Below, in pieces: positions 56,467 to 64,000 of a stretch of 64,000 nt of DNA; position 1 is the stretch's first letter; each line of letters opens with the position of its first letter. The notes under the pieces are model-generated. The model was not told where the DNA came from, ran no database searches, and saw only the letters and a list, made by a program, of their open reading frames with translations. The translations under genes and the position numbers were made by a program. Origin of the DNA: Burkholderiales bacterium (GTDB lineage Bacteria > Pseudomonadota > Gammaproteobacteria > Burkholderiales > JAEUOS01); contig CANJDH010000014.1 in assembly GCA_947473125.1 (NCBI GenBank), positions 470 through 64,469 of the forward strand. The letters are read 5' to 3'.

Positions 56467-57432
56467 TCAATCGACTCTGATGTTGCCTTCCTTGACCACC
56501 CTGCCCCAAGTGGTGACCTGCTCGCGCACATGCTTGTCGAAGAGATCAGACGCACCACCGACGATGTCGATGCCACCCTGGCTGAACCGCTCCTTGACTT
56601 CGGGCAATCCAAGGATGCGATTGATCTCGGTGTTCAGTTTTGCCACCACGTCCTTTGGCGTGGCCGCAGGGGCCACCACGCCAAACCATACGGAGACCTG
56701 ATAGCCGGGCACGCCTGCTTCATCGATGGTCGGCAGGTCCGGCATCGCCGGTGAGCGCTTGGTCGAGGTGATCCCCAGGGCACGCAGGCGCCCGGCCTTG
56801 ATGTGCTGGATCACGTTGGGGACGTTGTCAAACATGGCCTGTACCTGCCCGCCGATCAGGTCGGTCACCGCCGGCGCGCTGCCTTTGTAGGGAATGTGGT
56901 TGAGGTCGGTGGCCGACATCAGCTTGAACAACTCCATCGACAAGTGGTTGGATGTGCCATTGCCGGTGGATGCGTAGGGGATCGACCCCGGCTTGGCCTT
57001 GGCGGCCGCGAGCAGATCCTTGACTGATTTGTAGGGCGAGTTCGGGTTGACAACCAGAATGTTGGGCGTCGAACCGGCCCATGCAAGCGCCGTGAAATCG
57101 CGCGTGACGTCGATCTTCGACTGCGGATGAAGGCTGTTGATCAATGCAAACGGAAACGCCACGATCAGGATGGTATGGCCATCGGGCGCGGATTTGGCGA
57201 CAAAGTCGGTACCGATGACGGTACCCCCGCCGGGTTTGTTGTCGACGTGGGACCCGGGGGCAAAGCCCTTGGCAAACTCCTGCGCCAGGGTACGGCCGAG
57301 CGTGTCGTTGAAAGCGCCGGGAGGGAAGGGCACCACCACCTTGATGGGCTTGCTCGGAAACGGCTGCGCACCAACGGTTTGCGCATTAGTGCTTAGTACC
57401 AGTGCAGCAACGATAGCGAGTTTCCTGAGCAT
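56467..57432 (-). CDS. Bug-family tripartite tricarboxylate transporter substrate-binding protein (TctC)
   Basis: GGAGA RBS, start MLRKLAIVAAL at 57432. PSKPIKVVVPFPPG signature. Confidence 0.9.
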   Translation of the reverse strand: MLRKLAIVAALVLSTNAQTVGAQPFPSKPIKVVVPFPPGAFNDTLGRTLAQEFAKGFAPGSHVDNKPGGGTVIGTDFVAKSAPDGHTILIVAFPFALINSLHPQSKIDVTRDFTALAWAGSTPNILVVNPNSPYKSVKDLLAAAKAKPGSIPYASTGNGTSNHLSMELFKLMSATDLNHIPYKGSAPAVTDLIGGQVQAMFDNVPNVIQHIKAGRLRALGITSTKRSPAMPDLPTIDEAGVPGYQVSVWFGVVAPAATPKDVVAKLNTEINRILGLPEVKERFSQGGIDIVGGASDLFDKHVREQVTTWGRVVKEGNIRVD

Positions 57433-57445
57433 GACTGTCTCCTTG

Positions 57446-58609
57446 TTATACGTAGCTCGGCCCTTCGATGACCGGGTGTTTGATGAGGAATTCTTCGTCC
57501 ACTTCCAACCCCAGGCCCGGGCCTTCGAGCGGGCGCACATTGCCATCAGCATCGACGCGATAAGGCTCGTTAACCATCACGTCACGGAACAGGTTGTTCT
57601 TCGACACATCACCTTCAAAATATCCGGGGTGATCGAGTGCGGCGAGCAGGTGAATCGAGGCCGCCATGTTGAGGCCCGTCATCGAGGTGTGCGGATGCAC
57701 CGGTAGTTTGTGTGCGGAGGCCATCGCAGCGATTTTCATCACTTCCGTAACCCCGCCGGTCTTGGAGAGATCGGGCTGCAGGATGGTGACGATACCTTCG
57801 TCAATCAGGCGCGAGAACTCGAAGCGGGTGTAGTGGTTTTCACCGGCGGCCAGCGGCACGCGGCCAAACGCCTTGGCTTCGCGATAGCTGCGATAGTCGT
57901 GGGCCGGGAAAGGTTCTTCGAGCCAGGCGACGCCATTGGCGTCCAGGCCGGGCATCACGGTGCGCGCATCGGCCACCGAATAGCCGATATTGGCATCGGT
58001 GAGGATTACCAGGTCGTCGCCAAACGCCTTGCGGATCGCGGCAACGCGTGCCAGGTCATCCTTGGGGTTGTCACCCAGGCGCAGCTTGACCGCCTTGTAA
58101 CCGGCGGCCAGGTGCAGCCTGGCTTCTTCAATCAGTTCGGCGGGCGGCTGAAATCCCAGGCTGATCCCGCCGGCGTAGGCGGCAATCGGTTTCGAGACGC
58201 CGCCGAGCAGCTTGTACAGCGGCCAGCCGGTGGCCTTGCCGCGAATGTCCCACAGCGCCATGTCGATGCCGCTCATTGCCATCGCGGTGCCGGCGCCCAA
58301 GCCGTGGCTGGCGAGCTGCTTGTCGTAAATCTTGTTCCAGATACCTTGCACGTTGGCCGCGTCCTCGCCCAGTACCAGCATCTTGAGCGTGGTCTCGACC
58401 AGCTTGGCAATGGTCGATGGCGCGCGCGCGTGGTGCGATTCGCCCCAACCGATGATGCCACCGGCCGTAGTGACCTTGACCACCACCGCGTCTTTCTTGA
58501 CCGCGCGGCCGATGCCTAGTCTGACGTTGCCATCCTTGGGCAGCGGAAACGATGTGGCATAGGCCTTGATGTCAACGATCTTCAGATCGGGGTTGCGCGC
58601 CTCGGTCAT
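57446..58609 (-). CDS. Enolase-superfamily enzyme (mandelate racemase/muconate lactonizing family; probable acid-sugar dehydratase)
   Basis: Start MTEARNPDLKIVD at 58609 (ATGA overlap with the upstream dehydrogenase). KLRLG, LEEP, metal-ligand pattern of the MR subgroup. Confidence 0.85.
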   Translation of the reverse strand: MTEARNPDLKIVDIKAYATSFPLPKDGNVRLGIGRAVKKDAVVVKVTTAGGIIGWGESHHARAPSTIAKLVETTLKMLVLGEDAANVQGIWNKIYDKQLASHGLGAGTAMAMSGIDMALWDIRGKATGWPLYKLLGGVSKPIAAYAGGISLGFQPPAELIEEARLHLAAGYKAVKLRLGDNPKDDLARVAAIRKAFGDDLVILTDANIGYSVADARTVMPGLDANGVAWLEEPFPAHDYRSYREAKAFGRVPLAAGENHYTRFEFSRLIDEGIVTILQPDLSKTGGVTEVMKIAAMASAHKLPVHPHTSMTGLNMAASIHLLAALDHPGYFEGDVSKNNLFRDVMVNEPYRVDADGNVRPLEGPGLGLEVDEEFLIKHPVIEGPSYV

Positions 58610-59520
58610 GCTGATTTTTTCCGCAAGCGGCGAATCAGGCTGGAAGTGTCGTTGCGGCGCCCGCCCATCTGCTGCACGTCGCCATAGAACTGGTCGACCA
58701 GTGCGGTCACCGGCAGTGGCGCGCCATTGCGCTTGGCTTCTTCGATGCACAGGCCGAGGTCCTTGCGCATCCAGTCGACCGCGAAGCCGAAGTCAAACTT
58801 GTCATCGACCATGGTCTTGCCGCGATTCTCCATCTGCCACGATCCGGCAGCGCCTTTCGAGATCACTTCGAGCACCTGCTTCATGTCCAGTCCGGCGGCG
58901 ATGCCGAAATTGACGCCTTCGGAGAGGCCCTGCACCAAGCCTGCGATGCAGATCTGGTTCACCATCTTGGCCAGCTGGCCCGAGCCTGCCGGCCCGAGGC
59001 ACTGGGCCATGCGGCCGTAGGCCATGATCACCGGCTTGATTTCGTCGAACACGGCTTGCTCGCCGCCACACATGATGGTGAGCACGCCGTTTTCAGCGCC
59101 AGCCTGGCCGCCTGACACCGGCGCGTCAATGAAACGCAAGCCGAGCTTCTTGCACTCGGCATCGATTTCGCGCGCGACGTTGGCCGAGGCGGTGGTGTGA
59201 TCGACCAGTACCGCGCCTTTTTTCATTCCGGCGAGGGCGCCGTTGGCACCGAAGATCACCGAACGCAGGTCATCATCATTGCCGACGCAGCAGGCGACGA
59301 CATCGCAGTCCTTGGCGGCTTCGCGCGGCGTCGCGGCCACTTTGGCGTCACCGGTGCCGCCAAACTTCGTTGCCCAGTCCGATGCCTTGGCCGCAGTGCG
59401 GTTGTATACCGTGACAGCGTGGCCGGCGCCCTTGAGGTGGCCCGCCATGGGATAACCCATGACGCCAAGGCCGATGAAGGCGGTTTTTCGCGATGCGGCG
59501 GGTTCGTATTGTTTGGTCAT
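58606..59520 (-). CDS. NAD-binding 3-hydroxyisobutyrate/6-phosphogluconate dehydrogenase-family oxidoreductase
   Basis: Start MTKQYEP at 59520. FIGLGVMGYPMAGHL Rossmann motif. DAPVSGG. Confidence 0.85.
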   Translation of the reverse strand: MTKQYEPAASRKTAFIGLGVMGYPMAGHLKGAGHAVTVYNRTAAKASDWATKFGGTGDAKVAATPREAAKDCDVVACCVGNDDDLRSVIFGANGALAGMKKGAVLVDHTTASANVAREIDAECKKLGLRFIDAPVSGGQAGAENGVLTIMCGGEQAVFDEIKPVIMAYGRMAQCLGPAGSGQLAKMVNQICIAGLVQGLSEGVNFGIAAGLDMKQVLEVISKGAAGSWQMENRGKTMVDDKFDFGFAVDWMRKDLGLCIEEAKRNGAPLPVTALVDQFYGDVQQMGGRRNDTSSLIRRLRKKSA

Positions 59521-59724
59521 GAGGAATGCTTCCGTCGAAATAAATTGCAGAAGGGGGGGGCCTGGACAACGATGTGGTGAATCGGGTTTTGCCACGAAGC
59601 AATCAAATAGTTTACTTGATGGCACATCCGCGCCGCGCGTCGGCACGTAGATTGCTGCATGGCTACCGGGGAGGTGCTGCAGGCGTTCAAACGGGATGCC
59701 TGCGGTTCCCGAGAACGCAGCACA

Positions 59725-60474
59725 TCAGACAAGCGGTTGCCAGTTGCCGTCGATCAAACCCTCGATCGGGTGGAACTTGGCCTTGTAGGCCATTTTGCGG
59801 CTGTCGCGGATCCAGTAGCCCAGATACAGATACGGCAGGCGCAGGCGTCGACACTGTTCGATCTGCCACATGATACTGAAGGTGCCGTAACTCGCCCGCG
59901 CGTCGTCAGGCTCATAAAACGTGTAGACCGACGACAGCCCGTCGTTGAGCACGTCGACAATCGATACCAGCTTGAGCGGATTGCTGTCGTCGCGATGGGG
60001 TGCATCTCCGGGTGGGCGAAACGCGATGAGGCGGCTGTTGATACGGCTCTGCAGCAGAAAATGGGCATACTGGTCACGTGAATCCTGATCCATGCCGCCA
60101 CCTGCGTGCCGGCTCGCCTGATAGCGCAGGTACAGCGCGTAGTGCTCCGCTGAATAGCCCAGGTTGGTGACGGCCGGCAGCAGGTGCTGGTGCCTGTTCC
60201 AGGCGCGCTGCTGCGAACGGGTTGGCTCGAACGCGGCCACCGGCACGCGTACCGGGGTGCATTCCTTGCACCCGTCACAGTGGGGGCGGTAGGTGAATAT
60301 GCCGCTGCGCCGAAACCCGGCGCGTACCAGTTCGCTGTAGGTGTCGGCATTGATCAGATGGGACGGCGTCGCCACCTGCGAACGCGCCAGCTTGCCGGGC
60401 AGGTAGCTGCACGGATACGGAGCGGTTGCATAGAACTGCAATACCGAGAATGGCAGTTCGTGCAGTTTGCTCAT
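59725..60474 (-). CDS. bpt: Aspartate/glutamate leucyltransferase (bacterial arginyl-tRNA-protein-transferase homologue)
   Basis: 249 aa. PCSYLPG..., FRRSG, YLGYWI motifs of Bpt/ATE. Confidence 0.85.
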   Translation of the reverse strand: MSKLHELPFSVLQFYATAPYPCSYLPGKLARSQVATPSHLINADTYSELVRAGFRRSGIFTYRPHCDGCKECTPVRVPVAAFEPTRSQQRAWNRHQHLLPAVTNLGYSAEHYALYLRYQASRHAGGGMDQDSRDQYAHFLLQSRINSRLIAFRPPGDAPHRDDSNPLKLVSIVDVLNDGLSSVYTFYEPDDARASYGTFSIMWQIEQCRRLRLPYLYLGYWIRDSRKMAYKAKFHPIEGLIDGNWQPLV

Positions 60475-60481
60475 GCCCGGT

Positions 60482-61291
60482 TCACCGTTCGAGGCCGCCA
60501 GTGTGGATCAGGCCTTCAGCGGCGAGCTCAGGATTGGCATTGTCGCGCCCATGAATCTCGACCGCCGATGCGGAAAAAAAACGACGGCCGAACTGGCGCC
60601 ATCCGGTCATGACTGGCGCATCGACAAGCGCGTTCAGGCGTTGCACAAATTGCGCGCGCGCAATTTCGTGTCCGCCGAGTGATGCAAGATGGTCGGTGTT
60701 CATTTGGCAATCAATCATGCCACATTCCTGCTCTGCCAAAAAGGCGCACAAGTGCGCGAAGGCGATTTTGGAGGCATCGGTGGCGTGCGAGAACATGGAC
60801 TCGCCATAGAACATGCGGCCGATCGCCAGCCCATAGAGCCCGCCGACCAATTCGCCGCCAATCCAGGTCTCAATCGAATGCGCGTAGCCTTGCCTGTGAA
60901 GCTGCACGTAGGCGCTGATCATGTCTTCGGTGATCCAGGTGCCGTCCTGTCCTTCCCGTGGGGTGCCGGCGCAAGCGCGCATCACGGGCTCAAAAGCAGT
61001 GTCGCAGCGAATCTCATATGCCTTGTTGCGCAGCACCTTGGCCAGCGAGCGCTTGGCGGCAAATGCCTGCGGGATCAGCACCATGCGCGGGTCCGGGCTC
61101 CACCACAAGATCGGTTGGCCGTCGGAGAACCAGGGAAAGATGCCGAGCCGATAGGCTTCAAGCAGGCGCGCCGCAGTGAGACTGCCGCCGGCTGCAAGCA
61201 GGCCGTTCGGATCGGCCAATGCGCATGCCAGGGGCGGGAACGGCGTGTCCTCGTGCAGCCAGGCGATCAACAGCGAACCTGCTGGCGGCAA
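60482..61291 (-). CDS. aat: Leucyl/phenylalanyl-tRNA--protein transferase
   Basis: [11 protein letters not shown]...[26 protein letters not shown] motifs. Start is TTG 61291, or TTG 61271 (TTGA overlap with the upstream gene stop). Confidence 0.8.
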   Translation of the reverse strand: MPPAGSLLIAWLHEDTPFPPLACALADPNGLLAAGGSLTAARLLEAYRLGIFPWFSDGQPILWWSPDPRMVLIPQAFAAKRSLAKVLRNKAYEIRCDTAFEPVMRACAGTPREGQDGTWITEDMISAYVQLHRQGYAHSIETWIGGELVGGLYGLAIGRMFYGESMFSHATDASKIAFAHLCAFLAEQECGMIDCQMNTDHLASLGGHEIARAQFVQRLNALVDAPVMTGWRQFGRRFFSASAVEIHGRDNANPELAAEGLIHTGGLER

Positions 61292-61977
61292 TAGTTGTCG
61301 AGTTCCGATACGGGGCAGGAATCCGCAGCGGCCTGTCTGGCGCGCCCGCCCAGGTCGAGCGCGAGCTTCATTTCGTATTTGCGAAAAAACGCATTGAACA
61401 TCTCGCCGCCCAAGGTACCGGTTGCATGGAGTTCGTCGGTCGCCGCATCGTGCTCGAGCAAGATGGCTGCGAGCGGTTGGGGTGCCGGCCCGGTTAGCAC
61501 CTTGGCACCCTGCGCCGGATCATACTGTGAATGCTCGGAGCAGCAGTGGATCACGTCTGCGTGCTTGTTCACGGCCGTCTTGCCTGCGCGAAAGCTGATG
61601 AAGCTGATGTCCTTGGTGGGATAGGTGAGCTGATGCGAGCAGATCGCCGAGTAGGCAACCACCGATTGCCGGGCCCCGCTTCCCCCCGGCCAGTCGTAAT
61701 CCGCACCGGCTGCCCCTTTGACCGCCATTGGACCCACCGGTTTGCCGAGATTGAGCAAAAAGCACGGGGTGCCATGAAACGGATAGAAAAACACGTAATT
61801 ACGATTGACGGCAAGCGCCGATGCTTTGAGCGTGCCGCCTCCCGCGGCCGTCAGCTTGGCTCGCGCGTAACGCTTTGGGTGCACCGGCCCGGTTGCCGCC
61901 GAGATGGAAACGGCGGTCGCGTTTGCCGCAGCGCTGGCACTGGCCGCGCAGGCGCGGATGAATTGACGTCGTTCCAT
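61267..61977 (-). CDS. Tat-exported Rieske [2Fe-2S] domain protein
   Basis: Twin-arginine signal MERRQFIRA. Rieske ligands CSH ... CSEH (C-x-H / C-x-x-H, about 30 aa apart). Cys-containing C-terminal extension. Confidence 0.65.
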   Translation of the reverse strand: MERRQFIRACAASASAAANATAVSISAATGPVHPKRYARAKLTAAGGGTLKASALAVNRNYVFFYPFHGTPCFLLNLGKPVGPMAVKGAAGADYDWPGGSGARQSVVAYSAICSHQLTYPTKDISFISFRAGKTAVNKHADVIHCCSEHSQYDPAQGAKVLTGPAPQPLAAILLEHDAATDELHATGTLGGEMFNAFFRKYEMKLALDLGGRARQAAADSCPVSELDNYCRQQVRC

Positions 61978-62077
61978 GCTTGGGGTGCAGAAGCCTGTGA
62001 GGAAGTAGCCAAAACTGTGACGCTACTGGCCTGTGCCCTCCTTGTCAAATGCCATTCACGCTCGCCGCAACAGAACC

Positions 62078-62148
62078 AAATAAGTGCGTTACGCCGATAA
62101 AAATGCACAAAATAAGTGCGTAGAGGATGAATAAATAATTTTACGCAC
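62078..62148 (+). promoter_or_regulatory. Putative enhancer (NtrC-type UAS) repeats upstream of amt
   Basis: AAATAAGTGCGT direct repeat (62078..62089, 62110..62121), TGCACAAAATAAGTGCG (62104..62120) resembling TGCACC-N5-GGTGCA, and an inverted GTGCGT copy at 62143..62148. Confidence 0.35.
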
Positions 62149-62183
62149 TGAATAAACGCTTCTAAATCAGAATATCACGATAT

Positions 62184-62199
62184 TGGTGCAATTATTGCT
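62184..62199 (+). promoter_or_regulatory. Sigma-54 (-24/-12) promoter of amt
   Basis: TGGTGCAATTATTGCT matches TGGCAC-N5-TTGCW, with GG and GC in the correct 11-nt register, about 35 nt upstream of the amt ATG. Confidence 0.6.
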
Positions 62200-62232
62200 A
62201 CAGGAGATCCCATTCAAACAGGGGGTGGGTCG

Positions 62233-63435
62233 ATGGAACAACTAAAAGGCGGGGCGGATTCGCTGTTTATTTTGCTGGGCGCAATCATGGTGCTGGCGAT
62301 GCATTCCGGATTCGCATTTCTGGAACTGGGAACGGTGCGTCGCAAGAACCAGGTCAATGCCCTTGTGAAAATTCTGGTTGATTTCTCGGTTTCAACGCTT
62401 GCCTACTTTTTCGTCGGCTACGCAGTCGCCTACGGCACCAGCTTTTTTGTCGGCGCAGAGACGCTGGCGCAGAAGAATGGTTTCGAATTGGTCAAATTTT
62501 TCTTTTTGCTGACCTTCGCGGCGGCGATTCCGGCGATTGTGTCCGGGGGCATCGCTGAACGCGCGCGCTTCGGGCCGCAACTGCTTGCGACCGCCGTGCT
62601 GGTCGGGTTGGTGTATCCGTTCTTCGAGGGCATTGCGTGGAACCAGCAGTTCGGCGTGCAGGGATGGATCAAAGGTGCTTTCGGAGAGGAATTCCACGAC
62701 TTCGCCGGTTCGGTGGTGGTGCATGCGGTGGGAGGCTGGATCGGGCTCATGGCGGTGATGCAGCTCGGCCCGCGTACCGGGCGCTACGGCAAGGACGGGG
62801 CGATTACGGCGCATCCGCCTTCGTCGATTCCGTTTCTAGCGCTCGGGGCGTGGATACTCTCGGTGGGGTGGTTCGGCTTCAACGTGATGAGCGCGCAGAC
62901 GATCGACAAGATCAGCGGGCTGGTCGCGCTCAATTCGTTGATGGCCATGGTTGGGGGGACGCTGGCCGCCACCTTGATGGGTAAAAACGACCCCGGGTTC
63001 GTGCATAACGGGCCGCTGGCGGGATTGGTGGCCGTATGCGCCGGTTCGGACGTGATGCATCCGATTGGCGCGCTGGTAGTGGGTCTGGCGGCGGGCGCAT
63101 TGTTTGTCCAGATGTTCACGCTGACCCAGAACAAGTGGAAGATCGACGATGTCCTGGGTGTGTGGCCATTGCACGGGTTGTGCGGAACGTGGGGCGGCAT
63201 CGCCGCAGGAATCTTTGGCAGCAAGACCTTGGGCGGCATGGGTGGCGTGTCCATCATGTCGCAGTTGGTCGGCACGCTGCTCGGCATCACGGTCGCCGTG
63301 GTCGGCGGCTATATCGTCTACGCCGTGATCAAGGCAATCATGGGCTTGCGCCTCGACGCCGAGGAGGAATACAACGGTGCCGACCTGACGATCCACAAGA
63401 TCAGTGCCACGCCAGAGCGCGAGTCGAGCTGGTAA
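62233..63435 (+). CDS. amt: Ammonium transporter (Amt family)
   Basis: 400 aa. FAFLELG, AGSVVVH, WGGIAAG Amt motifs. Sigma-54-type promoter upstream. Confidence 0.9.
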   Translation: MEQLKGGADSLFILLGAIMVLAMHSGFAFLELGTVRRKNQVNALVKILVDFSVSTLAYFFVGYAVAYGTSFFVGAETLAQKNGFELVKFFFLLTFAAAIPAIVSGGIAERARFGPQLLATAVLVGLVYPFFEGIAWNQQFGVQGWIKGAFGEEFHDFAGSVVVHAVGGWIGLMAVMQLGPRTGRYGKDGAITAHPPSSIPFLALGAWILSVGWFGFNVMSAQTIDKISGLVALNSLMAMVGGTLAATLMGKNDPGFVHNGPLAGLVAVCAGSDVMHPIGALVVGLAAGALFVQMFTLTQNKWKIDDVLGVWPLHGLCGTWGGIAAGIFGSKTLGGMGGVSIMSQLVGTLLGITVAVVGGYIVYAVIKAIMGLRLDAEEEYNGADLTIHKISATPERESSW

Positions 63436-63703
63436 ACGGGCTGTTGCGTGACAATACTTAATTGAACCAAATAATTCTCAATTGAAAAAGCCGCCGGTTT
63501 CGGCTCGACGGGCAATTGGTACTAAATTGAGTTTCCATCCGTCGCCCGTCGGAATTGCCGGTATCAGGGGATAAAAAGGGCATTCAGGCCGCACGACGTC
63601 ACGTTGCGCTGCAAGGTAACTCAAGATTGAACTGCCCCCACGCGGGCAATACCTGCTACTGACCCAACTGTGGCGTGGGGATATCCAGCCAACCGGCTCA
63701 GAT

Positions 63704-64000
63704 TCAGTTGCCGCGCAGAAATTTCCTGTAATTCATATCCGAATGCTTGTCGTGCTGGTCGAACCAGGCCACCAGATACATTGAAATGCCCACGATATCG
63801 ACGAGCCCCTGAGCGCCTGTGGCGAGAAGCGCCGACAGGCGCTCGATCACTGCGTCGTGCGTCCTCCGGTGCTCTGCCAACAAGGGGTAGTAGAGCGTGG
63901 CGAGCAGTTCTTCCTCGCAGCGAAAGTGTTCCAGGGCGGCTTCGAACAGGTCGTTTATCAAAAAACGGAATCTCTCCTTGTTTTCCTCCGGATTGCCGCT
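63704..64000 (-). CDS. Hemerythrin-domain protein, C-terminal part (5' end outside window)
   Basis: Frame is open to the window edge. EHFRCEEELL...AEHRRTHD...WFDQHDKHSDM resembles hemerythrin H/E/D ligand spacing. Confidence 0.5.
   Translation of the reverse strand, partial: SGNPEENKERFRFLINDLFEAALEHFRCEEELLATLYYPLLAEHRRTHDAVIERLSALLATGAQGLVDIVGISMYLVAWFDQHDKHSDMNYRKFLRGN

Noticed and set aside
55046-56701. 551-aa plus-strand ORF
   Set aside because: It is antisense to glnS (HIGH and MSK motifs are on the minus strand) and to the TctC gene.
63436-63703. Checked long intergenic regions for tRNA/tmRNA-like sequences (also 7032..7230, 17654..17855, 31533..31803, 59521..59724)
   Set aside because: No T-loop (GTTCGAATC-like) or cloverleaf-compatible stems were found.

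Overview
High-GC (about two-thirds G+C by eye), almost fully coding chromosomal window. It looks betaproteobacterial and Burkholderiales-like; this is an inference from four orphan Bug/TctC receptors, a phasin gene and the codon style. I call 64 CDS, with no rRNA, tRNA or CRISPR. There is no intact IS or prophage, only a small ORF6N islet and one IS5-type MITE. The content is mainly aromatic and organic-acid catabolism. (1) A TetR-controlled acyl-CoA ligase plus LivKHMGF-type ABC importer (0.3-7.0 kb). (2) A maleylpyruvate/maleylacetoacetate isomerase, TRAP dctQM and gentisate 1,2-dioxygenase module, bracketed by two paralogous core-MetE-like Zn-methyltransferase genes (7.2-13.4 kb). (3) A complete-looking protocatechuate 4,5-cleavage supercluster: LysR, ligJ, ligK, pobA, ligI, ligA, ligB, ligC and an aldo-keto reductase (17.9-28.9 kb), carrying extra periplasmic genes and lacking the LigU tautomerase. 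(4) Housekeeping and accessory genes (pit/DUF47, FKBP, phasin, EamA exporters, pbpG, fahA, glnS, aat-bpt, amt). (5) Several operons of unknown pathway: a class-I fumarase-like gene with an FAH-like gene, divergent from an AtuA-like gene translationally coupled to a TPR/GT41 glycosyltransferase; and a dehydrogenase, enolase-superfamily and TctC operon. No obvious defence or secretion system is present. The most unusual items are listed here. An orphan receiver-domain::Hanks Ser/Thr kinase fusion. The AtuA-like/GT41 coupling. Promoter motifs shared between the gentisate, lig and pobA promoters, and between the TetR-operon and metE-like/maiA promoters. A perfect 27-bp palindrome inside the ORF6N gene. 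An unannotated 56-codon basic sORF with its own promoter and terminator. All functional calls rest on motif and family recognition by eye; no database search was run.
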